From: an uncultured Collinsella sp.
Lineage (GTDB): Bacteria; Actinomycetota; Coriobacteriia; Coriobacteriales; Coriobacteriaceae
Assembly: GCA_958365315.1 (NCBI GenBank)
Contig: CATWXC010000005.1
Coordinates: 77,892-141,891, forward strand
Length of the DNA: 64,000 bases
Reading direction: 5' to 3'
Shown: one piece after another, positions 20,507 to 30,563 of the stretch
Layout: every line of letters begins with the position of its first letter
How positions within the stretch are numbered: the stretch's first letter is position 1
Program-made: the position numbers and the translations under genes
Notes under the pieces: model-generated
What the model was told of the DNA's origin: nothing
What the model saw: only the letters and a program-made list of their open reading frames with translations
Database searches by the model: none

Positions 20507-20740
20507 GATGTCTCCTTTCGTGCGGCGTAAGCCGTAGCTCTTGCAACCAGTATCGCCCAAGGGCGCTGTCGCGTGGGGCGGAAAGGGCGAATGGGAGCCT
20601 CACCTTCCCGAATTGTTATCTTTGTTCCCGTTTGGATGTGGGATATTCAACAGGTGTAGAACATTGCAGCTCTGTTCGTTATTGCCTACGTTTTAGGTTA
20701 GATTTTCTAAAGGACAATTGGCTTTTATTGAGGGGTCCCT

Positions 20741-21412
20741 ATGAACGAAACAGTTCCCGCGGTGCCGTTGAGCGCCGAGTCGATGGCAAAGCAGGGTTGC
20801 GAAAAGCTTGGCCTGGACACGTTTGACGCGCTGGTCCGCCGCGCCCGCACGTGCCGCCGATTTGACGAGTCCATGCGCGTGCCGCGCGAGTTTTTGCTCG
20901 AGCTGGCGGAGCTTGCGCATCTGGCTCCCTGTGGCGCCAATGCTCAGCGCCTGCGCTTTCATGTGGTGAGCGGTGCCGAGGATTGCGCGCGCGTGTTTGA
21001 CGAGCTCGCGTGGGCCGGTGCGCTCAAGGATTGGCCGGGCCCTGCCGAGGGCGAGCGCCCGACCGGCTACATCGCGATTCTTGCCGAGCGCGCTGTTTCG
21101 GGTAAGCCCGCCGCGCCCATCACCGAGGTCGACACCGGCATTGCCGCCCAGACGATGATGCTCGCGGCTCGCAGTGCCACGCCCGAGGTGGCGGCATGCA
21201 TGTTCAAGGCCTTTACGCCCCGCGCAATCGACGCCATGGGGCTCGATAACGACAAATACGAGCTCAAGCTGATCATGGCTTTTGGCGTGCCAACCGAGAC
21301 TCAGTTGATCGATGCGATCGACTCCAACCCTGACGGCTCTATCAATTACTGGCGCGATGAGGCGCAGATGCATCACGTGCCCAAGCGTCCGCTTGCCGAC
21401 GTGCTGCTGTAG
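20741..21412 (+). CDS. Nitroreductase-family protein
   Basis: RTCRRF, APCGANAQ, DTGIAAQ and HVPKR motifs. Confidence 0.85.
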   Translation: MNETVPAVPLSAESMAKQGCEKLGLDTFDALVRRARTCRRFDESMRVPREFLLELAELAHLAPCGANAQRLRFHVVSGAEDCARVFDELAWAGALKDWPGPAEGERPTGYIAILAERAVSGKPAAPITEVDTGIAAQTMMLAARSATPEVAACMFKAFTPRAIDAMGLDNDKYELKLIMAFGVPTETQLIDAIDSNPDGSINYWRDEAQMHHVPKRPLADVLL

Positions 21413-21445
21413 TTGCACGTCGTTGCGGCGCGATCCGGCGGCAAA

Positions 21446-21480
21446 ACCACCACAAAGGTGCCCGTCTCCTTCGTGGTGAT
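21446..21480 (-). repeat. REP family A, degenerate copy
   Basis: ACCACCACAAAGGTGCCCGTCTCCTTCGTGGTGAT. Confidence 0.75.
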
Positions 21481-21495
21481 GCGAGGGGAGGGCGT

Positions 21496-22038
21496 GTGGC
21501 CGATCTGTATTTGGTGCGGCATGGGCAGACCGAGCTCAATGTGAAGAACATTTTGCAGGGCTGGCACGATTCGCCGCTTACGGCGCGCGGGCGCGAGCAA
21601 GCGCTGGCGACGCGTGCGGCGTTCGAGGACCGCGGCGTGACCTTTGACCATGTGTATTCGTCTCCGCTGGGGCGGGCGCGGTGTACGGCCGAGCTTATCG
21701 TTGGCGAGGGCTGTTCCATAGAGCTGGTTGATGAACTGCGCGAGTGGCATTTGGGTTCGTTGGAGGGCACATCAAACCGCGAGATGCCGGCGCAACCCTG
21801 GGGCGATTATCCGGTTGCCTTTGGTGGCGAGTCGGAAAGTGAGCTTCGCGCACGTATGGTCGCGGCGCTGTCCCGCATCATGGCCCAGCCCCGGCACGAC
21901 TGCGTGCTGGCCGTTTCCCACGGCTCAGCCTGCCAGGAGTTTCTTAAGTATGTGACTGACGGGGGAGAGCAGCCCGACAACGGTGCCGTGCTTCATTTTG
22001 GCTATTTCGACGGGGCGTTTTCGCTCTTGGGTTGGTAA
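21496..22038 (+). CDS. Histidine phosphatase (dPGM-like), paralog 1
   Basis: LVRHGQT, QGWHDSPLT, LREWHLG and VSHG motifs. Confidence 0.88.
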   Translation: MADLYLVRHGQTELNVKNILQGWHDSPLTARGREQALATRAAFEDRGVTFDHVYSSPLGRARCTAELIVGEGCSIELVDELREWHLGSLEGTSNREMPAQPWGDYPVAFGGESESELRARMVAALSRIMAQPRHDCVLAVSHGSACQEFLKYVTDGGEQPDNGAVLHFGYFDGAFSLLGW

Positions 22039-22058
22039 CAAACGAAAGGACCCCCCCT

Positions 22059-22694
22059 ATGAATAAAGACCTGTATCTGGTCCGTCATGGACAGACGATA
22101 TTTAACCTCAAGCGCATTATTCAAGGCTGGAGTGACTCGCCGCTCACGCAGCTGGGATGCGACCAGGCGGCGCGCGCCGGCATGTTCTTGCGTGCGCGCG
22201 GCATTGAGCCCGACCACGCCTACGCCTCCACGCTTCATCGCACCGAGCAGACTATCGCCAACTTGTGGCCGGGCTTGGCGTACGAGCGCCTGGACGGCCT
22301 GCGCGAGTGGTTCTTTGGCGACTTTGAGGCCGAGCGCGTGATGCTGATGCCCGAGCGCCCGTGGCGCGACTTCTATTGCCAGTTTGGCGGCGAGGGCCAG
22401 ATGCAGGTGCGCGAGCGCATGGTGGCGACGTTGACCGAGCTTATGCAGCGTCCGGACCATACGTGCGTGCTCGCGGTAAGCCACGGCTCGGCTATCAAGG
22501 AGTTCATGGACCACGTGAAGGGTGCGGCGGCCGACGAGCGCGACCGCGTGCCGGGCAATTGCTCGGTGTTGCACTTTGCGTTTGATGATGCGACGGATAC
22601 GTTTGAACTGGTTGAGATCTTTACGCAGGAAGACTACGCGCGCGAGCTGGGGCTTGAGCCGCTCGTGGCGGCAGCAGGTCCGCAGCGGGGGTAG
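22059..22694 (+). CDS. Histidine phosphatase (dPGM-like), paralog 2
   Basis: LVRHGQT, QGWSDSPLT, LREWFFG and VSHG motifs. Confidence 0.88.
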   Translation: MNKDLYLVRHGQTIFNLKRIIQGWSDSPLTQLGCDQAARAGMFLRARGIEPDHAYASTLHRTEQTIANLWPGLAYERLDGLREWFFGDFEAERVMLMPERPWRDFYCQFGGEGQMQVRERMVATLTELMQRPDHTCVLAVSHGSAIKEFMDHVKGAAADERDRVPGNCSVLHFAFDDATDTFELVEIFTQEDYARELGLEPLVAAAGPQRG

Positions 22695-22740
22695 CGCGGG
22701 CGTGGCGATGTGGATCGCCAACACCATTGCTCGATGTGAA

Positions 22741-22778
22741 AGGGGCGGGGATGCATGCGCATGTATCCCCGCCCCTTG
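22741..22778. terminator. Hairpin between convergent genes
   Basis: AGGGGCGGGGATGCAT..ATGTATCCCCGCCCCT. Confidence 0.6.
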
Positions 22779-22821
22779 CTTGTTGAGCTATCGAGTCTTT
22801 TTGCTGGGCGTTTAGACTCTG

Positions 22822-23505
22822 TTAGAACCGTGCGATCTGGTGGGTGAGCAAACCCGTCGGAACCTGCGGCGCGGCGCCGGCGGCCTGCGCGGCGGGGAAC
22901 AGCGCGGCAACGGTAAAGTTGAACGGCTCTTTGCCGGTGTACGTTCCGGCGGCGCGGGCCTCATCGGCCAGCAGCTGCGACGCCCCGGTCAGAGCGGCAG
23001 CGTAGGCGGGGTCGTCGGCCAGTGTCGGCTCGGGTGCTTGGTCGAGCATGGCGCGGATGGCCCCGACGGCGTCCTCGCGCTTGACCTCCCACACACGGTG
23101 CGTAATGCCGGCGGGGTCGGTGACGGCATAGAGCGAAGCGCCCTCTTTGGCGGCACCCAGGATGATATCCATGACGGGTGAGGCCTCGTAGGCGAGCGAC
23201 ACGGGACGAGGCTGCACCTTGAGCTCGGCGATCGTGCGCGCGGCGGCGGCCGCGTCAGCGCTGGCATCGCCCTTGCCGCTCACAAGTACACTCATCCGAC
23301 AAATCGCCACGACACCCGTCACGCGACCCGGCTCGCCCGAGCATTCGTACGCGTAATACGCCGCGCCTGGATCCTTGAGCATCAGGCCGTCGGCGATGGC
23401 GCCACGCAGGGCGTCGTTGCCGCTCAGGATGCCGCCCATCTGCGGTAGCGCTTCGAGCACGCGGTCCTGAGCCGGGCGGATGCAGGGAAACGGAAGTGCT
23501 TTCAT
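22822..23505 (-). CDS. Short, degenerate DUF1015-like protein
   Basis: PFPCIRP start, QPRPVSLAY, GITHRVWEV, TGKEPFNF..LFPA and GLLTH end recall DUF1015; about 227 aa and no DGHHR motif. Confidence 0.6.
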   Translation of the reverse strand: MKALPFPCIRPAQDRVLEALPQMGGILSGNDALRGAIADGLMLKDPGAAYYAYECSGEPGRVTGVVAICRMSVLVSGKGDASADAAAAARTIAELKVQPRPVSLAYEASPVMDIILGAAKEGASLYAVTDPAGITHRVWEVKREDAVGAIRAMLDQAPEPTLADDPAYAAALTGASQLLADEARAAGTYTGKEPFNFTVAALFPAAQAAGAAPQVPTGLLTHQIARF

Positions 23506-23544
23506 GGACGGTCCTAACACGCGAGTCGGTTTGTTCGCGGCTTA

Positions 23545-24765
23545 TTATGCCCCAACTTGGCCGTTTGCGTCCCAGAGCGTGTTGTCGGCAAGCGCGATGA
23601 GTACGTTCTGACAGCGAACGATATCGGCATGGGGTACATACTCGTTGGGTTTGTGCGCGAGCGCGAGCGAGCCGGGGCCGTAACTCATACAATTTCGGTT
23701 ACCTGTCTTGCCGGCAATGACGGCGGTGTCGGTGTAGCCGGTAAAGAAGCCGACGGTCGTGTCCGCGCCCGTCACGTCATCGGCGGCACGCTTGAGCGCG
23801 GCTAGTAGGGGAGAGCTTGGATCGCGCTCGATGGCGGGGCGGTCGCCTGTCACGGTATAGCTGCCGTGGCAGCCGGGGACCGCAGCCTCGGTACCGGCGA
23901 TGGCCTGCTCTACCATGCGCGTCGCGGCGGCCGTATCAGTCGGCGGGGTCAGGCGCATATCGACCCAGACCTTGGCGTGGTCGGGCACGACATAGGGGCG
24001 ATAGCCGCCCTCGATCTGCCCAAACGTGATGGTCGAAGGCCCCAGCTCGTCGTGTACGGGCAGCGCCGCGAACGCATGGCGAAGCGAGCAGACGGCCTCG
24101 GCCATGGCAGCGACGGCGTCGGCGCCCTTCCAAGGCTGGCTCGCATGTGCCGTCACGCCGGTCATCTCAATCTCGAACCATGTGCGTCCCTTGTGCGCCA
24201 CCTGAATTTGTCCATCGGTGGGCTCGGTGTCCAGTACCCATTCGCGCGAGCCGACCCAGCCGGCGTCGATGGCCGCCTCGGAGCCGCGCATAAAGTCTTC
24301 CTCGTCGACCGAGCAGATGAGCGAAAAGCCGCGGCGGGGCAGCGCGCCATCCGCCGCCACGCGCTCGAGCGTATGGACCAGTGCAGCAATGGCGCAGGCC
24401 AGGCCACCCTTCATATCGCAGGCACCGCGGCCATAGAGTTTATCGTCACGCACGATTGCTCCGAGCGGCGGAATGCCTGCGTCCCAGCCGTCTCCCAAGG
24501 TGACGGTATCCATGTGGCAGATGTAGACGAGCCGTGGCTCGTCGCTCAAACCGGGCACGGTGACCATAAGGTTGCGGCGTCCGGGGAGTACTTCGAGCTC
24601 GCGTACCTCTGCGGCGTCCAACGCGGGCGAATCGAGTTTGGCAATATACGCCTCGACCAGGCCTTTGATATGTTGTTCGATCTCGCCCTCATATGCGCCC
24701 GGGTCCGAGCTGTCGATCCGCACAAGCTCCCGCGCAAGTCGCCAGGCAAAGTCCTCATCAACCAT
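23545..24765 (-). CDS. M20 metallopeptidase/deacylase (ArgE/DapE-like)
   Basis: CHMDTV, GRGACDMKGG, DEE, AHAS and AHKPNE motifs. Confidence 0.88.
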   Translation of the reverse strand: MVDEDFAWRLARELVRIDSSDPGAYEGEIEQHIKGLVEAYIAKLDSPALDAAEVRELEVLPGRRNLMVTVPGLSDEPRLVYICHMDTVTLGDGWDAGIPPLGAIVRDDKLYGRGACDMKGGLACAIAALVHTLERVAADGALPRRGFSLICSVDEEDFMRGSEAAIDAGWVGSREWVLDTEPTDGQIQVAHKGRTWFEIEMTGVTAHASQPWKGADAVAAMAEAVCSLRHAFAALPVHDELGPSTITFGQIEGGYRPYVVPDHAKVWVDMRLTPPTDTAAATRMVEQAIAGTEAAVPGCHGSYTVTGDRPAIERDPSSPLLAALKRAADDVTGADTTVGFFTGYTDTAVIAGKTGNRNCMSYGPGSLALAHKPNEYVPHADIVRCQNVLIALADNTLWDANGQVGA

Positions 24766-24919
24766 ATGAAACCTCACAATCAGTCTGCTTTCCAAACCGA
24801 TTGTAGGCCTCCTAAGGGATTTGTGACGTGCGCGCAGCAGCATTTACCGTTCGCAGGCCGAGCCGGCGCGTTTGCCGTCCGAGCGGGTTCACAGGCGACG
24901 CAGTGGGTACGTAGCCGTT

Positions 24920-25969
24920 ATGGACGACATGCTGTGCGACATATCTGCCTTTCGGTATCACCGGATACCTCCACAGGTCTTGGCGATAATGCCGGACCTG
25001 CCCGATTCTGTAGACGATCCGCGCAGGGAGCGCCTTTGCGAGCATCCGCTCGTCGCGCATTTTCTGGGCACCCCGTTACACGTTTTGGCGCAGGGCAGCT
25101 GCGGACGTAAGGGCGATCGCATTGTCAGACATGTTTGGAACGGGGAGAGGCCGTTTGATTCCATGCGGCAGACGGAGTTTGGCCTTGATGTCGCGTCCCC
25201 GCTCTTTACCCTGTTGACTCTGGCTTCCTCGGTCTCAAACGAGCGTCTGATCATGTGCATGTATGAGATGTGCGGCACCTTTGCCGTGTGCAAGATTGCG
25301 CCTCAGGTAAAGTTGGCGCTTGAGCGGGCATATGGGGATCGGTGGGGTGACGCACGGTTGGGCTGGGAAAACGTAAAGGATGTCTCGGGGAATCCAACGG
25401 ACTTGTGGAAACGACCGCCCTTGATCGAGCTCTCTGAGCTTACAGAGTACGTCGATAAGATCCGGGGGCTCCGCGGCGCTAAATCGTTCATACGAGCCGC
25501 GAAATGCATTACGGGGGTGGCAGCATCGCCGCTCGAGGTTCAGGCTTCGATGCTGTTTGGGCTTTCGAGGTTGCGCGGCGGCGAAGGGCTGCGCCTTACC
25601 AATAACGTTGAGATTCGTATGACGCGCAGCGCCCGCCTGATTTCGGGGCTTGATAGGCGCTACGCCGATATCCTGCTGGCAAATAAGGACGGCAGCCGAG
25701 AGTGCCTTGTTGAATGCCAGGGTAAAGCCATACACGGATCCATAGAATCCAAGATCTCGGACTCCGACCGAACGACGGCCTTGCAAGCGATGGGATATCC
25801 CGTCGTTCTGATGACCTATGGCCAGCTGGCCGACTCCGATGCCTTTCGCGTGGTGATGGAGCTCATCATGTCCTATCTCGATGCGCCGCTGAAAGACAAG
25901 ACACCGCGGCAGCAGCAGCTCGAACGGCGGCTTCGTGAGGAGATTTTTATCGATTGGGCGGGAATGTAG
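24920..25969 (+). CDS. AbiEi-like/DUF559(Vsr)-like putative nuclease B
   Basis: VASPLFTL, EMCGTF, GLRGAK, ASPLEV, GGEGL, YADILL..VECQGKAIH and DSDRTTALQAMGYPVVLMT; same motif order as 15257-16465. Confidence 0.7.
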   Translation: MDDMLCDISAFRYHRIPPQVLAIMPDLPDSVDDPRRERLCEHPLVAHFLGTPLHVLAQGSCGRKGDRIVRHVWNGERPFDSMRQTEFGLDVASPLFTLLTLASSVSNERLIMCMYEMCGTFAVCKIAPQVKLALERAYGDRWGDARLGWENVKDVSGNPTDLWKRPPLIELSELTEYVDKIRGLRGAKSFIRAAKCITGVAASPLEVQASMLFGLSRLRGGEGLRLTNNVEIRMTRSARLISGLDRRYADILLANKDGSRECLVECQGKAIHGSIESKISDSDRTTALQAMGYPVVLMTYGQLADSDAFRVVMELIMSYLDAPLKDKTPRQQQLERRLREEIFIDWAGM

Positions 25970-26047
25970 TCGTGCAGGTGGAAAACGGTCGCGCGAGCTA
26001 GAGTTTTGGGCACGAAAAAGGCTTCAGGTTCGCCTTAGAAGGGCATA

Positions 26048-26224
26048 AAAATGCTATCCAGAACAAGTTGTTTCGGAAAATCGATAGTCAACTTGGATGT
26101 GGTATATAGAGATCGATTATTACCTACTAAAGCCCCTGATAAAGGTGTTTATCAAAGCGGGTGCGCTCAGTGATTTGGGTGGGACTGTCGATTATCCGAA
26201 AAAACTTATTCGGGGTAGCACTTT
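26048..26224. repeat. Inverted-arm element downstream of nuclease gene B
   Basis: 42-bp arms at 26048-26089 and 26183-26224, 35/42 complementary; TAAAGCCCCTGATAAA in the spacer. Confidence 0.88.
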
Positions 26225-26245
26225 TCAAGCCGCCGGGAGCACAAA

Positions 26246-26280
26246 ATTCGCCCCCCGTTTCGTGAAAACGGGGGGCGAAT
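26246..26280. terminator. Intrinsic terminator hairpin for serA
   Basis: ATTCGCCCCCCGTTT-CGTGA-AAACGGGGGGCGAAT. Confidence 0.75.
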
Positions 26281-26317
26281 GGGCTTCATGGCCTGTCTAG
26301 CAGGCTTGGCGCCGTCG

Positions 26318-27481
26318 CTATTTGATCACGCGCACGCGATACATCGACGGAATCTGCTTGAGCGCCTCGATGGTGCTGCTGTCCAGGTGCTCGTCGGTGT
26401 CGAACATGGTGTAGGCGTTCTCGCCGGCGGACTCGTTGGTCATACGCTGCACGTTGGCGTTGTCCTTGGCGAGAATGGCCGTGATCTGGCCGATCATGTT
26501 GGGCACGTTTGCGTGCAGGCAGGCGATGCGGCTCGCGGCGCGCGCCTTGCCCATGCTGCAGGCGGGGTAGTTGACGCTGTGCGCGATGTTGCCGTTCTCC
26601 AGGTAATCCTTGAGCTCGCTGATGGCCATGTCGGCGCAGTTGGCCTCGGCCTCGCCAGTGCCGGCGCCCGAGTGCGTGGTGATAAACGTATTGGGCATCT
26701 TGACGGTCTTGGGCGTGGCAAAGTCGCAGCTAAACCAGCTCAGCCTGCCCTCGCGCAGGGCGGCGTCGACGGCGTCCTCGTCAATGATGGTTTCGCGCGC
26801 GTAGTTGATGAGCACGGCGTCGGGTGCCAGCAGGTTAATCTGCTCGGTGCTGATCATGCCGATGGTGTCTGCCTTGCTGGGCACGTGCACGGTGAGGTAG
26901 TCACAGCCGCGGCAGAGGTCCTCGAGCGTGCCCACGCGCTGTACCTCGCGGCTCAGCACCCACGCGTGCTCAACGGAAATGAACGGATCGTAGCCGTAGA
27001 CGTCCATGCCCAGATCGACGCAGGCGTTGGCGACCTTGGAGCCTACGTTGCCCAGGCCGATGACGCCGATGCGCTTGCCCTTGAGCTCGCGGCCCACAAA
27101 GGCCTTTTTGGCCTTCTCGGCATCGACCTGGATTTCGGGGTCGTCGGCGTTGTCGCGCACCCAGTTCATCGACTGCACTACACCGCGGCTCGAGAGCACC
27201 AGCATGCCCAGGACGAGCTCCTTGACGGCGTTGCTGTTGGCGCCGGGGGAGTTAAAGACGACGACACCCTTCTTGGCGTACTCCTCGACGGGGATGTTGT
27301 TGACGCCGGCGCCGCAGCGGGCGATGGCGCGGATGCCCTCGGGCAGTTCGTAGCCGTGCAGATCGGTCGAGCGCATCAGGATCGCGTCGGCCTCCTCGGC
27401 GGTGCTTACAAACTCGTAGCCCTCGCCAAACTCGACTTTGCCGTCTTTAGTGATGTCGTCGATGGTCTTAATCTTACGCAT
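26318..27481 (-). CDS. serA: D-3-phosphoglycerate dehydrogenase with ACT domain
   Basis: RCGAGVNNIP, PGANSNAV, GLGNVG and NYARE motifs, C-terminal ACT domain (HANVPNMI); adjacent to serC. Confidence 0.9.
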   Translation of the reverse strand: MRKIKTIDDITKDGKVEFGEGYEFVSTAEEADAILMRSTDLHGYELPEGIRAIARCGAGVNNIPVEEYAKKGVVVFNSPGANSNAVKELVLGMLVLSSRGVVQSMNWVRDNADDPEIQVDAEKAKKAFVGRELKGKRIGVIGLGNVGSKVANACVDLGMDVYGYDPFISVEHAWVLSREVQRVGTLEDLCRGCDYLTVHVPSKADTIGMISTEQINLLAPDAVLINYARETIIDEDAVDAALREGRLSWFSCDFATPKTVKMPNTFITTHSGAGTGEAEANCADMAISELKDYLENGNIAHSVNYPACSMGKARAASRIACLHANVPNMIGQITAILAKDNANVQRMTNESAGENAYTMFDTDEHLDSSTIEALKQIPSMYRVRVIK

Positions 27482-27553
27482 GGAAAAACTCCTTAGCAGG
27501 TTTTGATCTAAGCAGGGTGGTTTGAAGTGGCTGGTCGGCCCGCGCGTTGCGGG

Positions 27554-28678
27554 CTAGTTAGATCGCGGACTCAAACTATGCTGCGCTTCGAAGTCCTTCA
27601 TATACGAGGCCAGTGCCTGCACGTCTTCCATGGTTACGGCGTTGTAGACGCTGGCGCGCATGCCGCCGACGAGGCGATGGCCCTTGACGTTTTGGATCTG
27701 GTGCTCTGCCGCGCCCGCGACAAAGGCGGCGTCGAGGTCGGCATCGCCGGTACGGAACGTGACGTTGGCGATGGAGCGACTGTCTGTCTGCGCGGTGCCG
27801 TGGAATAGTTTGCTGCTCTCGAGCAGGTCGTAGAGCAGGTTGGCCTTGGCCAAGTTGCGCTCGGCCATAGCGGCAAGTCCGCCGGTCTGCTCGACCCAAC
27901 GGAACACCTTACCGCACACGTAGATGCCAAAGGTATTGGGCGTGTTGAGCATGGAGCCCTTGGCGGCCTGGGTCTTGAGGTCCATATACTGCGGCGTCTG
28001 CGCAAAGGCGGGGCCTTCGGCGATCAGGTCGTCGCGCACGATAACCACGGTGACGCCCGCGGCGCCGGCGTTTTTCTGCGCGCCGGCGTAAATGAGCCCG
28101 TAGCACTCGATGTCGAGTGGCTGCGACAAAAAGCAGCTCGAGACATCGGCGACCAGCGGCACGTCGCCGCAATCGGGCAGCTGGTGGAACATGGTGCCAA
28201 AGATGGTGTTGTTCTGGCAGATGTAGACGTAGTCGAGCCCGTCGCCCGCGGCCTCGGCGGCAATGCGCGCGTTGATGTCGGCCATGTCGGGGATGCGGTC
28301 GAAGTTGGTGTCCTCGGAGCTCGCGAGCAGCACGGCCTCGCCGTACTTGGCGGCCTCCTTGAACGCTTTGTTGGCAAAGTTGCCGGTCACGACGTAGCCG
28401 GCGCGGCCGCGGCGCATGAGGTTCATCGGGATGCCCGCAAACTGTAGCGTGGCGCCGCCCTGCAAAAACAGGACACGGTAGTTGTCGGGGATGCTCAGCA
28501 GGCGGCGCAGGGTTGCCTCGGCGTCGTCGATGATCTGCTGGTACATGCTAGATCGATGGCTCATCTCGAGCACGGACATGCCGCAACCGCGGTAGTCCAT
28601 CATCTCGTCGGCGATCTCGGCGAGCACGCTTGTAGGCAGCGCGGCCGGGCCAGCTGAGAAGTTGTGCACACGTGCCAT
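27554..28678 (-). CDS. serC: Phosphoserine aminotransferase
   Basis: HNFSAGPA, EMSHRS, GGATLQF, AGAQKN and GHRLVGGMRAS motifs. Confidence 0.95.
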   Translation of the reverse strand: MARVHNFSAGPAALPTSVLAEIADEMMDYRGCGMSVLEMSHRSSMYQQIIDDAEATLRRLLSIPDNYRVLFLQGGATLQFAGIPMNLMRRGRAGYVVTGNFANKAFKEAAKYGEAVLLASSEDTNFDRIPDMADINARIAAEAAGDGLDYVYICQNNTIFGTMFHQLPDCGDVPLVADVSSCFLSQPLDIECYGLIYAGAQKNAGAAGVTVVIVRDDLIAEGPAFAQTPQYMDLKTQAAKGSMLNTPNTFGIYVCGKVFRWVEQTGGLAAMAERNLAKANLLYDLLESSKLFHGTAQTDSRSIANVTFRTGDADLDAAFVAGAAEHQIQNVKGHRLVGGMRASVYNAVTMEDVQALASYMKDFEAQHSLSPRSN

Positions 28679-28820
28679 CTTCTAGTTCCCCCTCGTAGTC
28701 GTTTGAACGTTCGGGATACTTTAGCACAGTGGAGCGCCAGGCGCGACCGCATCACGGTAAAACCCGAGTGTGCCGCTATGATTTACAGGATGGTTACATG
28801 GGGGAGGGCGGTCGTCTGGT

Positions 28821-30563
28821 CTATATCACCGGGATATACCGTGACAAATACTCCTTGAGCGCAGGGTCGCACACGTAGAGAAACGTTCCTAGCATGCCGC
28901 GCGTCATCAGGACGTAGTAGGCGTTGACGATGATCTTTCGCAGGTCTTCGTCGCTCGCCTTTTTCTTGGCGACGGCATCTTTGAAGTTTGCCTTGTTAAT
29001 GCAGACGGCCCCCTTGTCGTAGTCGTAGTAAATGTCGGGACCCAGAATTACGAACCCGTAATTGAGGTCGTAGCCCTGCACCGTGTGAATGCAACCAACC
29101 TCATTGACGGCGTTGGCCGAGTTGACCCAATCCTTTTGAGTTGAATTCCAACGTTTGCGAATGCCCTCAATGACGATATCGAACGCATCTTTATTGGTCT
29201 TGGTTTCCCACTTCCAAGCGAAGCCGGCAGTCATGCGAGATAGGCTGGCTTCTTCTTCCTTAGCTTGTTGTAGGGAGCAGAAGTCTTCGAATCGGTTGAC
29301 AATGCCAAATTGATAGCGTGGCACATCGCTTCCGGGGTCCTTGTCTCGCGAGTCGTAGGGCTCCGAGGCAAAGAGTTCATCAAACTTCATGCCGGCATGC
29401 ATATACGCCTTGTTGTCGAGTAGGTCGTATACAAAATCGAGATATTCGTCACCACCGCGCACGCGCATTTGCGTACTTAGGCTGAACTCTTCAGTTTCAA
29501 TGCCCGCTTCCTCGAGCTGATTGAGTCGCCGCTCAAGACCGTCTCGATTGAGGCCGGATGCCCTGACTTGCTGCTTGGGGTCATAGAAAAGATATGCCTT
29601 GTCGCAGCATTTGAATATCCAGTCAACTTGGTTGCTCGTATGTGGAAGGCCGAGGCGATCGCAAGTGTTATAGAAGGCCTTAATGCCGGAACCCGTGCTT
29701 AGATAATTGCCCAGTCGATGTGCTTCGTCGACAAGTAGGATGTCATAACGATCGTTTTTGGTTGCGTCACTGGGGCTCAAGATATCGCCAGGCTTTAACC
29801 CTGGAAGGAAGTGCGTGAGTTTCCTGAGGGTCTTCTTCAGGGAATCCATGGGGGTGACAAAACCGACTCGCAGGCCGGAAAGGTTGGGCTCATTTTTGAT
29901 TTTGAACATGAGACTGATGGCGAGGATTGTTTTACCTGTTCCCGGCGCGCCATTCACGACGGTTATACGTTCTCTTTTTGAGCCGCCATGTTTTGCGTCT
30001 TCATGCTCCTGTTCGAGACGTTTGTAAATCGTCTCGATTGTTTCGTATTGGTCGGGCGTAAGCGTCTTAAAAGGCGAGAACTTGAACAGATCGGAGTTTT
30101 CGAGCTCTTCAATCGGATGAATCGCGTAGTTTTCTTCGCGAAGCTTTGTCCAGAGGTCTCGGAACTTCTGACGATATTGAGGCCGCTCAAAGTAATCGAA
30201 TTGGGCATAGCCGTTGTTGCCATTGGTTACCTGGTATTTTTCGTCGGCGCAGAACAGTTCGATGAGTCTGTTTTCAAACTCAAATGTCGCTGACTGATTG
30301 AAAGTTGGGTTGTCGATCAGTAGTGTTCGATCGAAATCCTTGTCCGCGTTTGCGGCGTGTTGCTTCATGCGACGTTGATAGTTGGTTGTTTGGCCAATGT
30401 ATGCTGTCTTCTTTTGACTGTTGGTCAGGATGTAGAGAACAGGCCAGCTTTCGTCATGATGAGCGCCGGGCTCTGGCGTGCCAAAGTCTTGCAGTGATTC
30501 GCTTGCCTCGAATGGCTTGGGTAGGGGAAGTGTGTATTGCCGAAGGGCGAACTCATTACTCAC
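28821..30563 (-). CDS. GIY-YIG nuclease fused to a DUF2075 (Schlafen-group-3-like) helicase
   Basis: VLYIL..AYIGQT..RMKQH, GAPGTGKT, LVDEAHR, QMRVRGG, CIHTVQGYDL and YYVLMTRG motifs; GTG start overlaps the mazG-like stop. Confidence 0.85.
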   Translation of the reverse strand: MSNEFALRQYTLPLPKPFEASESLQDFGTPEPGAHHDESWPVLYILTNSQKKTAYIGQTTNYQRRMKQHAANADKDFDRTLLIDNPTFNQSATFEFENRLIELFCADEKYQVTNGNNGYAQFDYFERPQYRQKFRDLWTKLREENYAIHPIEELENSDLFKFSPFKTLTPDQYETIETIYKRLEQEHEDAKHGGSKRERITVVNGAPGTGKTILAISLMFKIKNEPNLSGLRVGFVTPMDSLKKTLRKLTHFLPGLKPGDILSPSDATKNDRYDILLVDEAHRLGNYLSTGSGIKAFYNTCDRLGLPHTSNQVDWIFKCCDKAYLFYDPKQQVRASGLNRDGLERRLNQLEEAGIETEEFSLSTQMRVRGGDEYLDFVYDLLDNKAYMHAGMKFDELFASEPYDSRDKDPGSDVPRYQFGIVNRFEDFCSLQQAKEEEASLSRMTAGFAWKWETKTNKDAFDIVIEGIRKRWNSTQKDWVNSANAVNEVGCIHTVQGYDLNYGFVILGPDIYYDYDKGAVCINKANFKDAVAKKKASDEDLRKIIVNAYYVLMTRGMLGTFLYVCDPALKEYLSRYIPVI

